64,000 nt of DNA from Octopus sinensis (lineage: Eukaryota), in assembly GCF_006345805.1 (NCBI RefSeq), contig NC_043017.1, forward strand, positions 1,736,001 to 1,800,000. Direction: 5' to 3'. Position numbers and translations under genes: made by a program. Below, piece after piece: positions 1 to 14,548 of the stretch. The notes below the pieces were generated by a model. The model had not been told where the DNA came from. It did not search any database and saw only the letters and a program-made list of their open reading frames with translations. The first letter of the stretch is position 1. Each line of letters starts with the position of its first letter.

Positions 1-39
<39 letters not shown>

Positions 40-378
40 CATACACGCACATGCAAACATACATACAGGAATCTATACATACATAAGTGGATTCACAAGC
101 TTGAGGACCACGCATGCGCACAAACCAATAAATGAACGCATCTCCGACAACGATAACGGCAGAGTCAACAATTGTTGAAGAGTTTGCCAGAAGCAACGAA
201 AATTTTTGAAAAGAAAGAAGTAAATGAGTGGAAATCGAACCAGCGTGTGTGTTAATTATACGGCATTAAAACCGGATGACTCTCCTCAGATACAACAAAA
301 TATGCTACAGCACACGAATTTACACAGTGTATCTGGCAAAGCAAATACAAAAACGAAATATATATGTATAAATATATA

Positions 379-1887
379 CACCCAGAACCACACTGGTAGC
401 TCAAGAGTCAAATTTAGAATTTCTTACTTTTCTGTGAATTGATTTTGACAGAACTTTTCCCAGCTGATTTCCAAACTGTGGCAACACCATTGTTATGCTT
501 TCATTATTCTGTGTAACGTCCTGCCTTTTTTTTTTTTATTTCAGACTCTTTTGCTTTTGGTGGACCACTGTAATAGCTTTTAAATGAAAATATCCCATCT
601 AGACATTTTATTTTTTCAGTAAACGAAGGTTAAGGATACATATTAAACATACATTGAGTATTTATTTAATAGAAAACCATAATGATATTATAACATCTAC
701 TGAAATAATGAATTATTTAACCACATGGGCGCCATAATGACAGATAACTTCAAAAACCATATTAGTCATGGAATCTGTCAATAGTAGCAGGTGCGGTCTG
801 CTGCATCTTTGGAGGTCGCCCATAAGATATCTATCAACACAAAGTGTTGCCCATCAGCATAAACATCTTATTTAATAATTGACCAAAGATTTTTGATAGA
901 GTTAAGATCCGGAGATGCTAGCGGCCACACCATCAATCTTTCACCTTTTTTGCTGTAAGACCTTAGGAATGTATAGGTGGTCCTTGCAGAGTGGGAGGGG
1001 GCGTTGTCAGGTATGAATATGCGATTCCTTAGAAAATGACAATAGTATGTCATCTAGCCAGGGATCCAGTAGGCGGCTGCGGTCACTTTAACCCCTTCAG
1101 GCACCCTGACTTGGCCAACAATTCTATTCCCAATGATACCACCCCACAACATGACTCATCCGCCCTATTGTTGATATCGTAAACGTTGGTGACACTCATC
1201 TCCAAAAGAAATATAAATAAACCCAAACATTTTCCCAACTGTCCGGTTCGTCAAGAGTCGTCCTGGTTTCGTCAATGAACAGAACACAACTCCAGTCTAA
1301 CGTCGTGTACTTTTGGTCTCATCGAAGTCCCAAACTCTTGTGAGGAGGCAGTTTCATAGGTCCTCGCACGGAAGATAAGGTCTCGAGGATGCGATTTCTG
1401 ATGGTTTTCGGTACTTGAGGAAGTTCGGAGGCAGAGAAAATGGTTTTGCATGTTTGACCAGGTTTCCCACGTAAGTTGCGGCTGATATTCCTTAATTCCC
1501 TAGCTGTCACAGTCTTGGAGGTCCCACAATCGGACGTTTCTCCCTTGGCACTCATGTGGCTTAATAATTCATTATGTCAATAAATGTATTATTTTTATGG
1601 CTTTCTGTTAAATATATACTCGATGTATGCTTAATATTAACGTTCATTTTCTGAAAACAAACAAAAAATGTCTAGATGGGCTATTTTGAGTCAAAAGCTA
1701 TTAGCATGGTTGACTAAACTGAAGAATCTAAAATAAAAAAGAAAGGATGCTACACATAAAAATGAAAACGTAACAATGGTGTCGCCACAGTATGCAGACC
1801 AGCTTGGAAGAGTTTTATCAAACTCGATTCACAGAAAACCGAGAAATCCTAAATTCAACTCCTAAGCTATTAACGTGGTTTTGGGTG
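379..1887 (-). mobile_element. Tc1-family DNA transposon, decayed, with ~300-bp terminal inverted repeats
   Basis: Transposase remnants: 1319-1555 (N-terminal HTH-like) and 868-1053 (DNAPSH...WPLASPDLNSIKNLW, matching the Tc1 DNAPxH / SPDLNPIENLW motifs). 379-682 and 1595-1887 are diverged inverted repeats beginning CACCCA; TA at 377-378. Confidence 0.9.
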
Positions 1888-1904
1888 CATATAATTATAT
1901 TATG

Positions 1905-2249
1905 CAAATCGACCCCAGGACTTATTCTTTGTAAGCCTAGTACTTCTTCGGTCGGTCTCTTTTGCAGAACCGTTAAGTTACGGGGATGTAAACACACCAG
2001 CATCGGTTTTCAAGCGACGTTGGGGGCGGGGGCAAACACAGACACACAAACATATACACATACATACATATACATACATATACATATATACGACGAGCTT
2101 CTTTCAGTTTCCATTTACCAAATCCACTCACAATGCTTTGGGCGGCCCGAGGCTATAGTAAAAGACACTTGCCCAAGTTGCCACGCAGTAGGAATGAACC
2201 TGGAACCATGTAGCTGGTAAGCAAGCTACTTACCACACAGCCACTCCTA
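1905..2249 (-). mobile_element. tRNA-derived SINE, family 1
   Basis: Minus strand starts aggagtggctgtgtggtaagtagc...ggttcattcc (A/B-box-like head). The same body recurs at 5690-6010, 19030-19290, 32190-32312 and 55795-56225. Confidence 0.85.
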
Positions 2250-2489
2250 TGTTAATAATGAACATGGACGAAAGGTCTCTATGCAGCGATTCAGTACAGA
2301 ATCCTTGAAGCGTTGAAGCAAATGGTTTCCTAATTGTTTTCCGGCTCATTATGTTCCAACTTCCAGCATTACAAGAACTGGAATCGATGGTATCGATTAG
2401 ACCCCAGTCCCTAAAACTGCTGGCCTTGTGCAGAAATTTAACGGCAGAATCATTAGCACACCGGAAAATATCCATGGAAGTATTTCGTT

Positions 2490-2645
2490 CGTATTAACCT
2501 TTACGTTCTGTGTTCAAATTCCGCTGTGGTCGACTTTGCCTTTCAACCTTCTCAGGTCGATAAAATAAGGATCTTCTTGAGCACTGGGGTCGGAGTAATT
2601 GTAGCATCTTCCCACAAAATTTCAGGCTTTGTGGCTACAGAAAAT
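2490..2645 (+). mobile_element. SINE fragment with Nin/Deu-like central domain
   Basis: gttcaaattccgc..ggtcgactttgcctttca...ggtcgataaaataag; the same motif is tandemly repeated at 30630-31165. Confidence 0.7.
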
Positions 2646-2647
2646 AT

Positions 2648-2678
2648 TCATCATCATCGTAATCATCATCATCGCCAT

Positions 2679-2710
<32 letters not shown>

Positions 2711-2769
2711 GCATCATCATCGTCATCATCATCATCATCGTCGTCGTCGTCGTCATCATCATCATCATC

Positions 2770-2804
<35 letters not shown>

Positions 2805-2936
2805 GCAACGTCGTCGTCGTCATCATCATCGTCATCATCGTCATCATCGTCATCGATGTCGTCATCATCGTCGTCATCATCATCATCGTCGTCATCTTCA
2901 TTGTCGTCCTTGTCATTGTCGTCGTTGTCGTCGTCG

Positions 2937-2984
<48 letters not shown>

Positions 2985-3117
2985 GCAACGTCGTCGTCGT
3001 CATCATCATCGTCATCATCGTCATCATCGTCATCGATGTCGTCATCATCGTCGTCATCATCATCATCGTCGTCATCTTCATTGTCGTCCTTGTCATTGTC
3101 GTCGTTGTCGTCGTCAT

Positions 3118-3178
<61 letters not shown>

Positions 3179-3312
3179 GTCGTCGTCGTCATCATCATCG
3201 TCATCATCGTCATCGATGTCGTCATCATCGTCCTCATCATCATCATCGTCGTCATCTTCATTGTCGTCCATGTCGTTGTCGTCGTTGTCGTCGTCGTCGT
3301 CATCATCATCAA
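2648..3312. repeat. Compound (CAT/CGT/CAG)n trinucleotide array with ~180-bp higher-order unit
   Basis: The block cagcaacgtcgtcgtcgtcatc...tcttcattgtcgtcc recurs at ~2803, ~2983 and ~3173. Confidence 0.9.
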
Positions 3313-3494
3313 TAATATAACAATGACTGCATGTTGTTGATGTTGTTGTTATTAGTCCCCATAATTATTCTGTCGGCCTCACAGTGTTTATTGCTGCCAT
3401 CGATGCTGCTTTCTTTATTACTATTATTAGGCTCAATGTGGTTATCATTCAGTATTGTGATGACAATGATGATGATGATGACGACGACGACGAC

Positions 3495-3534
<40 letters not shown>

Positions 3535-4403
3535 TAATTATAGTCGTTTTATACTTAGATTTCTTCTTTTTGCTGTTGTTGCGTTGCTGAGGTTCTTGTC
3601 GATGTTCCTAATGCTGCTGCTGCTGCTGATGATGATGATGGTGATGATGATGATGATAGCAGTGTTGATGATGACGGTTATGATAATAACAACAATGAGA
3701 ACGGTGATGATGCTGGTAAGGATGCTGTTGCTACCGCCACTTCTGCTGCTGCTGCTGCTGCTATTAGTGATGATGATGAGGATGATTTCATTAATGCTGC
3801 GGTTATTGTGGTCCCTATTATTAACTTCTCCCCCTCTCTCTCTCCCTTTCTTTCTCTCCTTCTCTCTCCATCTCTCTCTCTCTCTCTCCCTCACTCACTT
3901 TAATTTAGCCTTTTATTTATTTTTTTCAAAATGAAAGAACACATTCGGCTTCTTTATTTCAATTTACCGTCTCATTACCACCGCCAAATCCCCATCCATC
4001 ATTGACAAATTGAAAAGCATCATGGGAATGCAGTGCATCCCCACCAACACCACCACCACCACCACCACCAATACCTCCACCATTACATCCACCACCTCCA
4101 GCAACACCATCTCAAATCCAACGCCGCCATTGTTAGAAGAGCCGTCACAATCGTTATTACCAACAGCACCACAGCAATTAGCACCACCCAGCGCCACCAC
4201 TACCTTCATCATAATCCACACCACCACCACCACCAAGATCTTCGCAACCAATGCTATCGCCACAGTCATCATCATTGCCACAGCTACCACGATCAGCATA
4301 ACTACCATCATTAGCACCAACTGCCGCCATCTTAGGTAACTGGATCAACAGCGAGATCTCATCACGTTCACATCCTACAACTGTATCACTAAACCCGCTG
4401 TGA

Positions 4404-4738
4404 AGGCGCTTGGCTCAGTGGTTAGAGCGTCGAGCTTCCGATCGTGAGGTTGTGAGCTCGAATCCCGGACCGGGCTGCGTGCTGTGTTCTTGAGCAAGAC
4501 ACTTTTTTTTACGTTGCTCCAGTTCACTCAGCTGTAGAAATGAGTTGTGACGTCACTGGTGCCAAGCTGCATCGGCCCCTTTGCCTTTCCCTTGGATAAC
4601 ATCGTTGGCGTGAAGAGAGGAGGACGCTATGCATGGGTGACTGCTGTTCTTCTATAAACAACCTTGCTCGGACTTGTGCCTGGGAGGGTAACTTTCTAGG
4701 TGCAATCCCATGGTCAGTGTCATGACCGAAGGGGGTCT
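4404..4738 (+). mobile_element. tRNA-derived SINE, family 2
   Basis: Head ggctcagtggttagagcg...ctcgaatcccgg, then gtgttcttgagcaagacactt core. Homologous copies at 16918-17258; related heads at 47845-48150 and 52345-52720. Confidence 0.88.
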
Positions 4739-4761
4739 CAGATCACTAAAATCTACAAGAA

Positions 4762-5060
4762 GATAATGCCCCTTGCCATACAAGAACGGAATCTTAAAAT
4801 CTGAAAAGTACTCACGTAATCAAAGAAAAGATTGAACACAGCACTGGATTATAACCCAATCGAACACATATGGAAATATCTTCGTAGAATGATGCGAGGA
4901 AGATTGTTGAAAGTTATATTCATTATAGAGCTGAAAGAAGCAATGATCGAAGTTGGATCAATCTGGATCAGTCTGTCGTTGATAATTTAATGAAATCCAC
5001 GACTAATCAGGTGAAAGCCGTGACATTAGTTAAAGGAAGGCCGATAAAATACAGAGACAA
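4762..5060 (+). mobile_element. Tc1 transposase C-terminal relic
   Basis: Frameshifted DNAPCH and DYNPIEHIWKYL motifs, followed by ELKEAM..VDNLMKS. Confidence 0.7.
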
Positions 5061-5689
5061 ATTTCATTCATGAAGTTATTAAAAGTTAAATTGAAATCGC
5101 GTTTGAGTAATCTTGCTATAAGCTATGAAGTTAATAACTGAATATACTTACATACATACGTACATACATACATACATACATACATACATACATACATACA
5201 TACACGTGTGTGTGTGTGTGTGTGTGTGCGTGTACGTGAGTGTGAGTGTGTCTTCGTGATTAATCCGAAAAGTTAGAAACTCTCCTAACATAATAGAAAC
5301 TTATGGTCCTTTTACATTTAAAGAAACGAAACATGCATGCGTACACAGCTAAATACATGCCTACACACATATACATATATATAGCTACAGCACACATACA
5401 TTCCTTCAACCACATACATATACATATATACATACATACGCGCACACATATGCCTGCATATATAGCTACCTGCATCCATACAGAAGTGAATAAACATATA
5501 CACATGTGTGCGTTTTATGCACAAATGTATGTATGTGTGCATCTATATATGGCTGTATGCTTAATATTTCTATATTGTGTCTTCGATGCTTTTTCAATGT
5601 GTATATTGTACTGTGTGTGGTGCCTTTTGTTTTCGGCTGTCTTCCTCTATCCGTATAGGATACATTCCAACACCACCTTGAAGAATTTT

Positions 5690-6010
5690 AGTAAAAGAAA
5701 AAAAACGCCCCCAGTACTTATAGTTTTGAAGTATGGTACTTATTTCATCGCCTGCTTTTGGCGAATTGCTAAGTTACTGGAACGCCAACTCACCAGCACA
5801 AGCTGACAACTGATGGCACAGCACAAACAATGACACAACGACATATGCACATAGGTATAGATATACGACGGGATTCTTTCAGTTTCCGTCACCCAAATCC
5901 ACTAACAAGACTTTGGTCGGCCCGAGACTGTCGTGGAAGATATCTAAGATGTCATGAAGTGATACCGAATCCAAAACCATGCGGGCGGGATCAAACTTCT
6001 TACCACACTG
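5690..6010 (-). mobile_element. tRNA-derived SINE family 1, diverged
   Basis: Collinear with the 1905-2249 copy. Confidence 0.75.
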
Positions 6011-7159
6011 CTACACCTGCACCATCTTTATACCTTTCTTTTCTCTTCTTTTATTTGTCCTCTTCTTTTATCTATCCTTTTGTTATACACCTTTCTCAAG
6101 CTTTTTTACCAACCAATACAGTAATCGGTTTGTCTCTTCATTTCGTATACGTAAACACATCTTATTTTGCCTTGTCCTGTGCCTCGTTCTAATATCAGCT
6201 ATTCATTGGTCGGTTCCGTACATCTGATGTCTTATAACTGTCGTTCTTTTCTGTTAATTAATTATTGTCTTTGTATCTCTAATGGCATTGGCATTGCTGT
6301 AAGTTTACTGCTGTTACTATTGTTGCTGCGCCAGTTGTTTATTTTCTTTGAAATTTGGATCGTATTTTTAAAATGAATTTATTCTCGTGTCGGTAATGCG
6401 ACATGACTTCCTTTCTTCTATATCCGTTGTATAATTGTGTTACTTTATTAAGCGGTATACAGACAGAATATAACTGGACGATTTAATTAAAGTTCGGTAC
6501 TGCCAGACCTTGAATCGAAGACTATCCATCAATGAATAATCATTTCATATTATTCCTCTTACTATTTACGTTACATACTGTTGGACATACGCATTGAGAG
6601 TGGCATTGCTGTTGTTGCTATGCAACCGCATTGCGGTTATGTTTTTGCTGTACTGTATAGATAATGTTGTCGAAGATTGTGATGAAACATGGCATTTTGC
6701 GGCAGCCGCTACAGTTCTTAGGCTCTGCTCTTCTTCACACTTAATTCAGCAAAAATGTATTATCAGCTCTGTCCCAGGATTAACATCACCTCATTATTTT
6801 AAACATTGTTTACCTAAGGTTCTATTATTTAATGTAACCTCTATTTTAAGAGGCTGAGGTGTAATTGAGAATGATATAGCTACTATTATGAGTGAGCGAC
6901 AAGAAAGCAGGACGCGGGCGAGAGGTGATATCAATGGTTATTTTATTAACATCAGGTAAGATATAGCTGTGTAGACCTATTGTGAAAGACGTTACAACTG
7001 TGAGCATCGCCACTTTTCTTTCTAGAAAAGGAATGCTAATCAAACGCACGTGTCGTTCTATTTTGAAGACACTGGGGTGAGAATTTGGGGACGACACGAT
7101 TGCTATTTCTAGCAAGGTAACTGACTATATAAAAGCTGCTGATGAGGAAGGCTGTTGCT

Positions 7160-7799
7160 GATTTTTCCGGGAGTGGTTACGATGATGACGGGAAAAATGA
7201 TGATTATGATGATGATGATGATTATGATGACGACGACGATGATGATGATGATGATGATGATGACGATGATAATGATAATGCGGTGGAGATAAAGGTATAG
7301 GACGACGATGACGGTGATCATGATTATCATGATGACAATGATGACGACGTTGACGACGACGACGACGACGACTATGATGACGATGATGATGATTGTCAGG
7401 ATGATATCGATGACGATGACGAATGAGGAAGACAACGACGGCGACAACTAGCACGATCGTGATGATTATGTTGATAATGTGGAAAAGGCCGTTCCTTCGA
7501 TGCTGTTGTTTTTGTTTCGTTTGTTTTTATTGTTTTAAAAGCACCACCACTCCCTCCACCTTTCTCTTCCCTCCATCCCTCCATCCCTCCACCCATCCCC
7601 TTTCTCTCCCCCTCCCCCGCCCCTCACTTCCCCTCTACATATATTTTGACTTCTCATTTGCTGAAAATTAAAGAACTACTCACTGCCTCAGGTTTTAATT
7701 TGCACGCTCATTACTATTGACCAATCGCATTGATCCTTGATAAATTGCGGAGCAACATAGGAGTTTAGTGAGGCAGGCCACCACCACCACTACCACCAC

Positions 7800-7834
<35 letters not shown>

Positions 7835-8166
7835 CCACCACTACCGCCGTCGCCAGCCAAATATAGCCACGAGATCTAACAACGCCATCGCTACCATCTG
7901 CATCGTTACAACCACTTGTATTATTACGAGCACCACCACCACCACCACCACCGGTCAGCAGCAGCATCCCCACCACCACTACCACTGCTCTCATCACCAT
8001 CACCTGAACTACCACCAGCCTTACCGAGTATACCGTCACCAACACTTGCATTACACAAAGCGACCAGTACTACCACCGATACAGCCACCACCATTACAAC
8101 CACCTCCGCTACCAACATTGCAACCTACAGCATTGCAACCGTCACTACTACTACTACTACTACTAC

Positions 8167-8206
<40 letters not shown>

Positions 8207-8318
8207 AATATAAGAATAATAGTAATAATAATAGTAATAATAATAATAATAATAATTAATAACTAATAATAATAATAAACATAATAATATAATAATGAAT
8301 AATAATAAGAATATAATA

Positions 8319-8349
<31 letters not shown>

Positions 8350-8360
8350 TAATAATAATA

Positions 8361-8430
<70 letters not shown>

Positions 8431-9130
8431 CTCCACTACCCATATTACCACCCACTCTCGTCACCTACACCACCAGCATTTCCACTACCCGTACTGTCGC
8501 ATCTGCAGTCAGCATCACACCCGCAACTAGCTACCGCGAAATAATCACTTGCATTAGAAACCCAATGCCATCACACAACAACAACACCATAGCACTATCA
8601 AAAACATCATCACTACCACTACCAGTTCAATCACTACTACAACAGGCTGCACCACCACTACCAGCACCATAACAGTTATCACCAACCCCACTACTACAAA
8701 CAACAACATCAGACCTACAAGCAAAATCCACCCACACAATTATCCACACCAAAGCCAACATAGTCAGCAAACACGCCTCTAAAATAGTCAATAGATCCAC
8801 CACGACGAACACACCATCAACAAGAAAACTACCACCACAACACAAAAATTACCACTACGCCGCCGTTACCAACACCACCAAACACCACTAATACCGCTGC
8901 ACTACAAACAACACCAACACCATAATCACTAGAACCAACGCCATCACCACAACCACCACCATCAACACCGTTACGAGTAAAGATGGAAGCAAGACAGCCA
9001 TCATCACGGTAAATACCACTATCAACAACAGAAGGACTTCCATTGCTGGAAGCGTCAAGGATAGCTCCACCGATATCACTTCCAACAGAAGCAGCGCCAC
9101 CACAATTAAGAAAAGATTTATCATCACAAC
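7160..9130. repeat. Low-complexity trinucleotide region (GAT, CAC, TAC, AAT)
   Basis: Long runs such as (AAT)n at ~8165-8430; the ORFs here are homopolymeric. Confidence 0.9.
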
Positions 9131-9522
9131 AATGAGTATGAAAGCAGCCAGAAGAACCGAACCAAAACTTCCACATCATTGGCATCACAACAAAACATTA
9201 AAGATCGTGATTATACAATCACCTCCTGTAATTGATAAGGAAAGGAACATAATGGCGTGTTTATGTATGCATATACATGTATGTATATGTATGTATATAT
9301 ATATATATATATATAATAATATATATATATATAGATATATATATAATATATATAACATATTATATGTATATATATATATATAAGTATATGCCTGTATAAT
9401 ATATACATACACATACATGTATATGCATATCTATATACATATATATGAGTATATATATATATATATATATCTATATATATATATATGTATACACATACAC
9501 ACGCAAAATATAAAATCATATA

Positions 9523-9560
<38 letters not shown>

Positions 9561-9599
9561 ATTATATATTCAATATACATATATATGAACATAGATACG

Positions 9600-9716
9600 C
9601 ATATATATATATATATATGCATACATGCACAAGCATGAACAATCAAACAGATATAAACGTAAACATGATGCACAATGAAGCATCTCCAAAAATTGCATTT
9701 ATTCTTAGATGTGAAA

Positions 9717-9773
<57 letters not shown>

Positions 9774-9792
9774 CATTATCATCATCATCATC

Positions 9793-9824
<32 letters not shown>

Positions 9825-10103
9825 CAACACCATTATTATTGGCGGTAGAGCTGCAATCATTTTTATTGCAATTATTAATTTAGTTTTCAGTGCATAGATT
9901 CTTCTTTTCCCGTTTTATTTTTCATTTTAACATAAAATTCAAGAAGGAACTTTTTTTCCTCGAAATTATCATGAGTAAAAAGTAAAGAAACAGTTTTTGT
10001 TCATTTCCCCCAACCTTTTTTCTTTATACTTTCGGAAATAGAATTTATGCATAAATATCAACCAGTAAAATAGTTACGAGTATGTTTGTATGTATTTCAT
10101 CAT

Positions 10104-10151
<48 letters not shown>

Positions 10152-10307
10152 TTTATATATTCATATATACATATATTGAACATATACATATATTATATAT
10201 ATATATATGCATACATGCACAAGCATGAACAATCAAACAGATATAAACGTAAACATGATGCACAATGAAGCATCTCCAAAAATTGCATTTAATTCTTAGA
10301 TGTGAAA

Positions 10308-10360
<53 letters not shown>

Positions 10361-10382
10361 TATCATTATCATCATCATCATC

Positions 10383-10414
<32 letters not shown>

Positions 10415-10700
10415 CAACACCATTATTATTGGCGGTAGAGCTGCAATCATTTTTATTGCAATTATTAATTTAGTTTTCAGTGTACATTCTCTTTTTCTTT
10501 TTCCCGTTTTATTTTTCATTTTAACATAAAATTCAAGAAGGAACTTTTTTTCCTCGAAATTATCATGAGTAAAAAGTAAAGAAACAGTTTTTGTTCATTT
10601 CCCCCAACCTTTTTTCTTTATACTTTCGGAAATAGAATTTATGCATAAATATCAACCAGTAAAAAATATTTACGAGTATGTTGTATGTATTTCATCATAT
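9600..10700 (+). repeat. ~590-bp tandem direct duplication bounded by (TA)n tracts
   Basis: catacatgcacaagcatgaacaatc...gtatgtatttcatcat occurs at ~9620-10100 and ~10210-10700, nearly identical. Confidence 0.9.
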
Positions 10701-11105
10701 ATCTATATAATATATAATATATTATATATATATATAATATATATATATAGTATATTATATAGAAGACATATGTGCACATATATATGTGCTATATATAACA
10801 TGCATATAAATATATATATATACCTATATTATATATATTTATATATTTATATATATAGTATATTATACACATATGTACATATACATATATATGCATATAA
10901 ATATGCATTTATATATATGTGTGTGTGCTTGTGTATAGATATATAACGTGTGTGCGTATGTGTACAAATATATTAATATATATATATATTATTATATATA
11001 TATATATATATTCTATTTTAAAATATGTATTTGCACACACGCACAGGCAAGCATATACATACATACGTTAACCATATACACATATGTACATACATTCCTA
11101 CATAC

Positions 11106-11150
<45 letters not shown>

Positions 11151-11440
11151 TATATTTAGATATATACTATATATTTAGATATATACATATATATAATATG
11201 TGTATGAAGATGCGTCGATATCTATATGCTATGTTAGTTTGTGAGTGTCAGTATTCAAACGCAAATATTTACTATTTGCGTTTGAATGGATTGATAAATC
11301 ATACCTTATTTACAGACAAGCACGCAGCCACACACACAGACACTTATACACTCACTTACGTACATAATCCTAAATATATATATATCATATATTCATTCTT
11401 ACATATACACACACATACATTATACAATATATATATTATA

Positions 11441-11478
<38 letters not shown>

Positions 11479-12057
11479 GTGTGTGTGTGTGTGTGTGTGT
11501 GTCTGTGTGTATAGGTACACATATACATATACACACGCATATGCATCCGCATAGATATATAGACGTACTCGTGCATATATATGCATGTACATTATTGTAT
11601 AGATGTATGGAAACACACAAATACACGCATGCACACACAACCACACACGCTCGCACTGACGTACATATATATACACACAAATATATTTACCTATATAAAT
11701 GCATAGAAGCATACTTATATGCATATTTAGTGATAGACACTGAGAAACATAGACCTGCATAGACATGCATCTATATAATATTCATCCATCTATACATATA
11801 TACACACATACATATATACACACATGCATACATACACACATACATACATACATACATACATACATACATACATACATCATACATACATACATACATAGGA
11901 ACATAGAACAATTGCTGTACTTATATAGCCAACAATCGTTCTGGTTGAGAGAAGCGTATAATTAAAATGGCGGTATATGTGAATAGATCGTATTTTTTCA
12001 AATTCATTTCGCAACCACCTCATTATCATCATCATCATCAGCAGCAGCAGCGGCGGC

Positions 12058-12136
<79 letters not shown>

Positions 12137-13089
12137 ACACTTTCACTACGATCGTTCACATTCAAATCATTCTCATTAACAGCACCGGCAAATTTTGCAG
12201 CGACACTTGTCAATTTATACGTTAAAATGATATTTCACTTTATTAGCATGTAATGGTCTCACACACACATACACACACACACGCACACACACATACACAT
12301 ATTAATATATACCGTGATTCATTTAGAATGTTCGAGGTTTTTCGCATTTCTATAAATCAAGGTGTATAAATTTTACGTTCCAAATATATACATATATACT
12401 TCGTCTGTTACATTAAATGTATAATTCCTGGGTCTATATAAATTGGACAGACTGGCCGCCGTCTAGCCGACAAAATATCTTCAGAAACATACAGATATAA
12501 GCCTTCAGAAACATACATTTGTTGCCCGTCACGCCTGCTCGACTAACTGCTCGACCAAACATATCCCCCTTCCTATTCTTTCTCGACATGTCTTTCAAAC
12601 ACCTACGCACATACACAAAACATGCATATCTACTGCTGACATAGGTTTCATATAATCACAAATACATATAAAAACTAATGACTTACACCGCAGTACGCAC
12701 CTGTGCATATGCACTCAATCGATCACCTACATAAAAGTAAGCATCACCCCAACTCTCAACACCATAGCTTTCTACTGCTAATGTAAACGTTATCGGTCGC
12801 AAATACATACTGTATGTGTTTTGCTTGTTCGCCAGATTACTGCGGTGTACCGTCCCGGGGACACCTCCCACACACATGTTGCTCTGTGTTCTTGAGCAAA
12901 GCACTTCATTTCGCGTTGCTCTGCGACCATTTCGACATCTGACATGTGACACCCATTGCATCTGTACAGGTTATGCCGATCTGATAGATGAAATGAGCTT
13001 ATGCCTACGCAAACCTTTGATCACTATAAACAAGATGTCTGTGTTGTTGTTCGGTAGGAAATTGTCGAACCCTCAAATGTCGTCTAACA

Positions 13090-13290
13090 ACAGGAGAGTC
13101 ACGATAGATCTCTAGCCACTACACATTCTTTGTTTTCTCTCCATATTTCTTTCGGTGTTCCTTTCTCTGGAAGAGCGTAGGCTCGAAACGTTAAAGACTT
13201 TTTTCTGTTCCCGAGCAATAAACTAATACATCTGTTTGTTGTCTACACCACCTCTCTTCGTCTTTTGCTTTTTTGTGAACTCTTCCTATA
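13090..13290 (+). mobile_element. Short Penelope-associated repeat with decayed hammerhead-like motif
   Basis: Homologous to the reverse complement of 31640-31800; contains gaagagcgtaggctcgaaacgttaaag. Confidence 0.6.
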
Positions 13291-13379
13291 CATACCTAAA
13301 TATATATATCATAATACATATAATATATATATCTAATTATATATATTATATATATATATATAGATATATATATATATAT

Positions 13380-13411
<32 letters not shown>

Positions 13412-14516
13412 TATATATAGATATATATATGTGTGTGTGTGTATATATATATATAATGTCGGTATTCTATGCTCAATACACATCTCTTTTCTTAACTACA
13501 CATCTCTTTTCTTCCACCAGAATTAATTTACTATGTGTACATACATGCAAACTTGCTCACGTACATCCCGTTTTGCTGGTCTTGACTGTATATGCGTATG
13601 TATTTGTACGTGTGTGTATGTGTGTGCGTGTGTAAGAGTCTGTATGCGTTCATATTCCTTTATGTGTCCACGTCTTCCAGAATCATACTGATAAAATTTT
13701 ATCTTCAAACCTTTAATCACCCAGCCTCTTATCCTCTAATCGTATTCAGCTTGGATTAATTCCGTTTCGCTTCTTTTTATTCGCATCATTAGGCTTTTCC
13801 CTCCCCGTCGCAACCACTCTGTTCCATCCCTTTCTCTCTACTTATCTGTATCTATGAATCTCTATTCTGGTTTCCCTCACTTTCTAAACGAATGTCTATC
13901 CTTTGCTTTATTTTTTTTTTCTTTTCTCCGGTCAGTATATTCACCATATCCTCCATCGTAGTCTTAACCTTCTGTGCGTGTCCCTCTCTCGCTGCATTTC
14001 CTTCCGTGTATGTATTATGTATGAGAAATAGCAGCACATGCACTCGCACACGCATACACAAGCACACACAAACACACACACACACACACATATATAAACA
14101 CACAAATATAATATATAAATCATACACGCACATATGTATATCTATATGCACATGCGTATATATATATATATATATTATATATATATATATCTATATAATA
14201 TATTATATATATATGTATATATAATATATACATATGTATATAAATCTTATACATATATATAGATAGACATATATATGTATATATATATGTATATATATAT
14301 ATAATACATATGTATATAAATATTACATATATATATATACATATATATATATGTATATATATATGTATGTATATATATATATATATATATGTGGTGTGTG
14401 TGTGTGTGTGTGTGGTGTAGTTTGACTTATACTATAGCTCCGCATACATACCACGTCATAATATATATATATATATATATATTACATATATACATATATA
14501 TATATATGTATGGTAT

Positions 14517-14548
<32 letters not shown>

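Noticed and set aside
2526-4339. Long poly-His/Ser/Asp/Thr ORFs
   Set aside because: They are translations of trinucleotide microsatellites, open in several frames on both strands, with no domain.
4404-4480. tRNA-like sequences (also at 16920, 47845, 52345)
   Set aside because: They continue into SINE bodies and lack a proper acceptor stem, so they are SINE heads and not tRNA genes.
5794-5845. Apparent signal-peptide-like exon (VVSLFVLCHQLSACA) with CTG|GTGAGT donor
   Set aside because: It lies within a diverged family-1 SINE body and has no ATG in frame.
6594-7115. ORFs of 87-89 aa in a unique-looking block
   Set aside because: Non-ATG starts, no motifs and no consistent splice signals.
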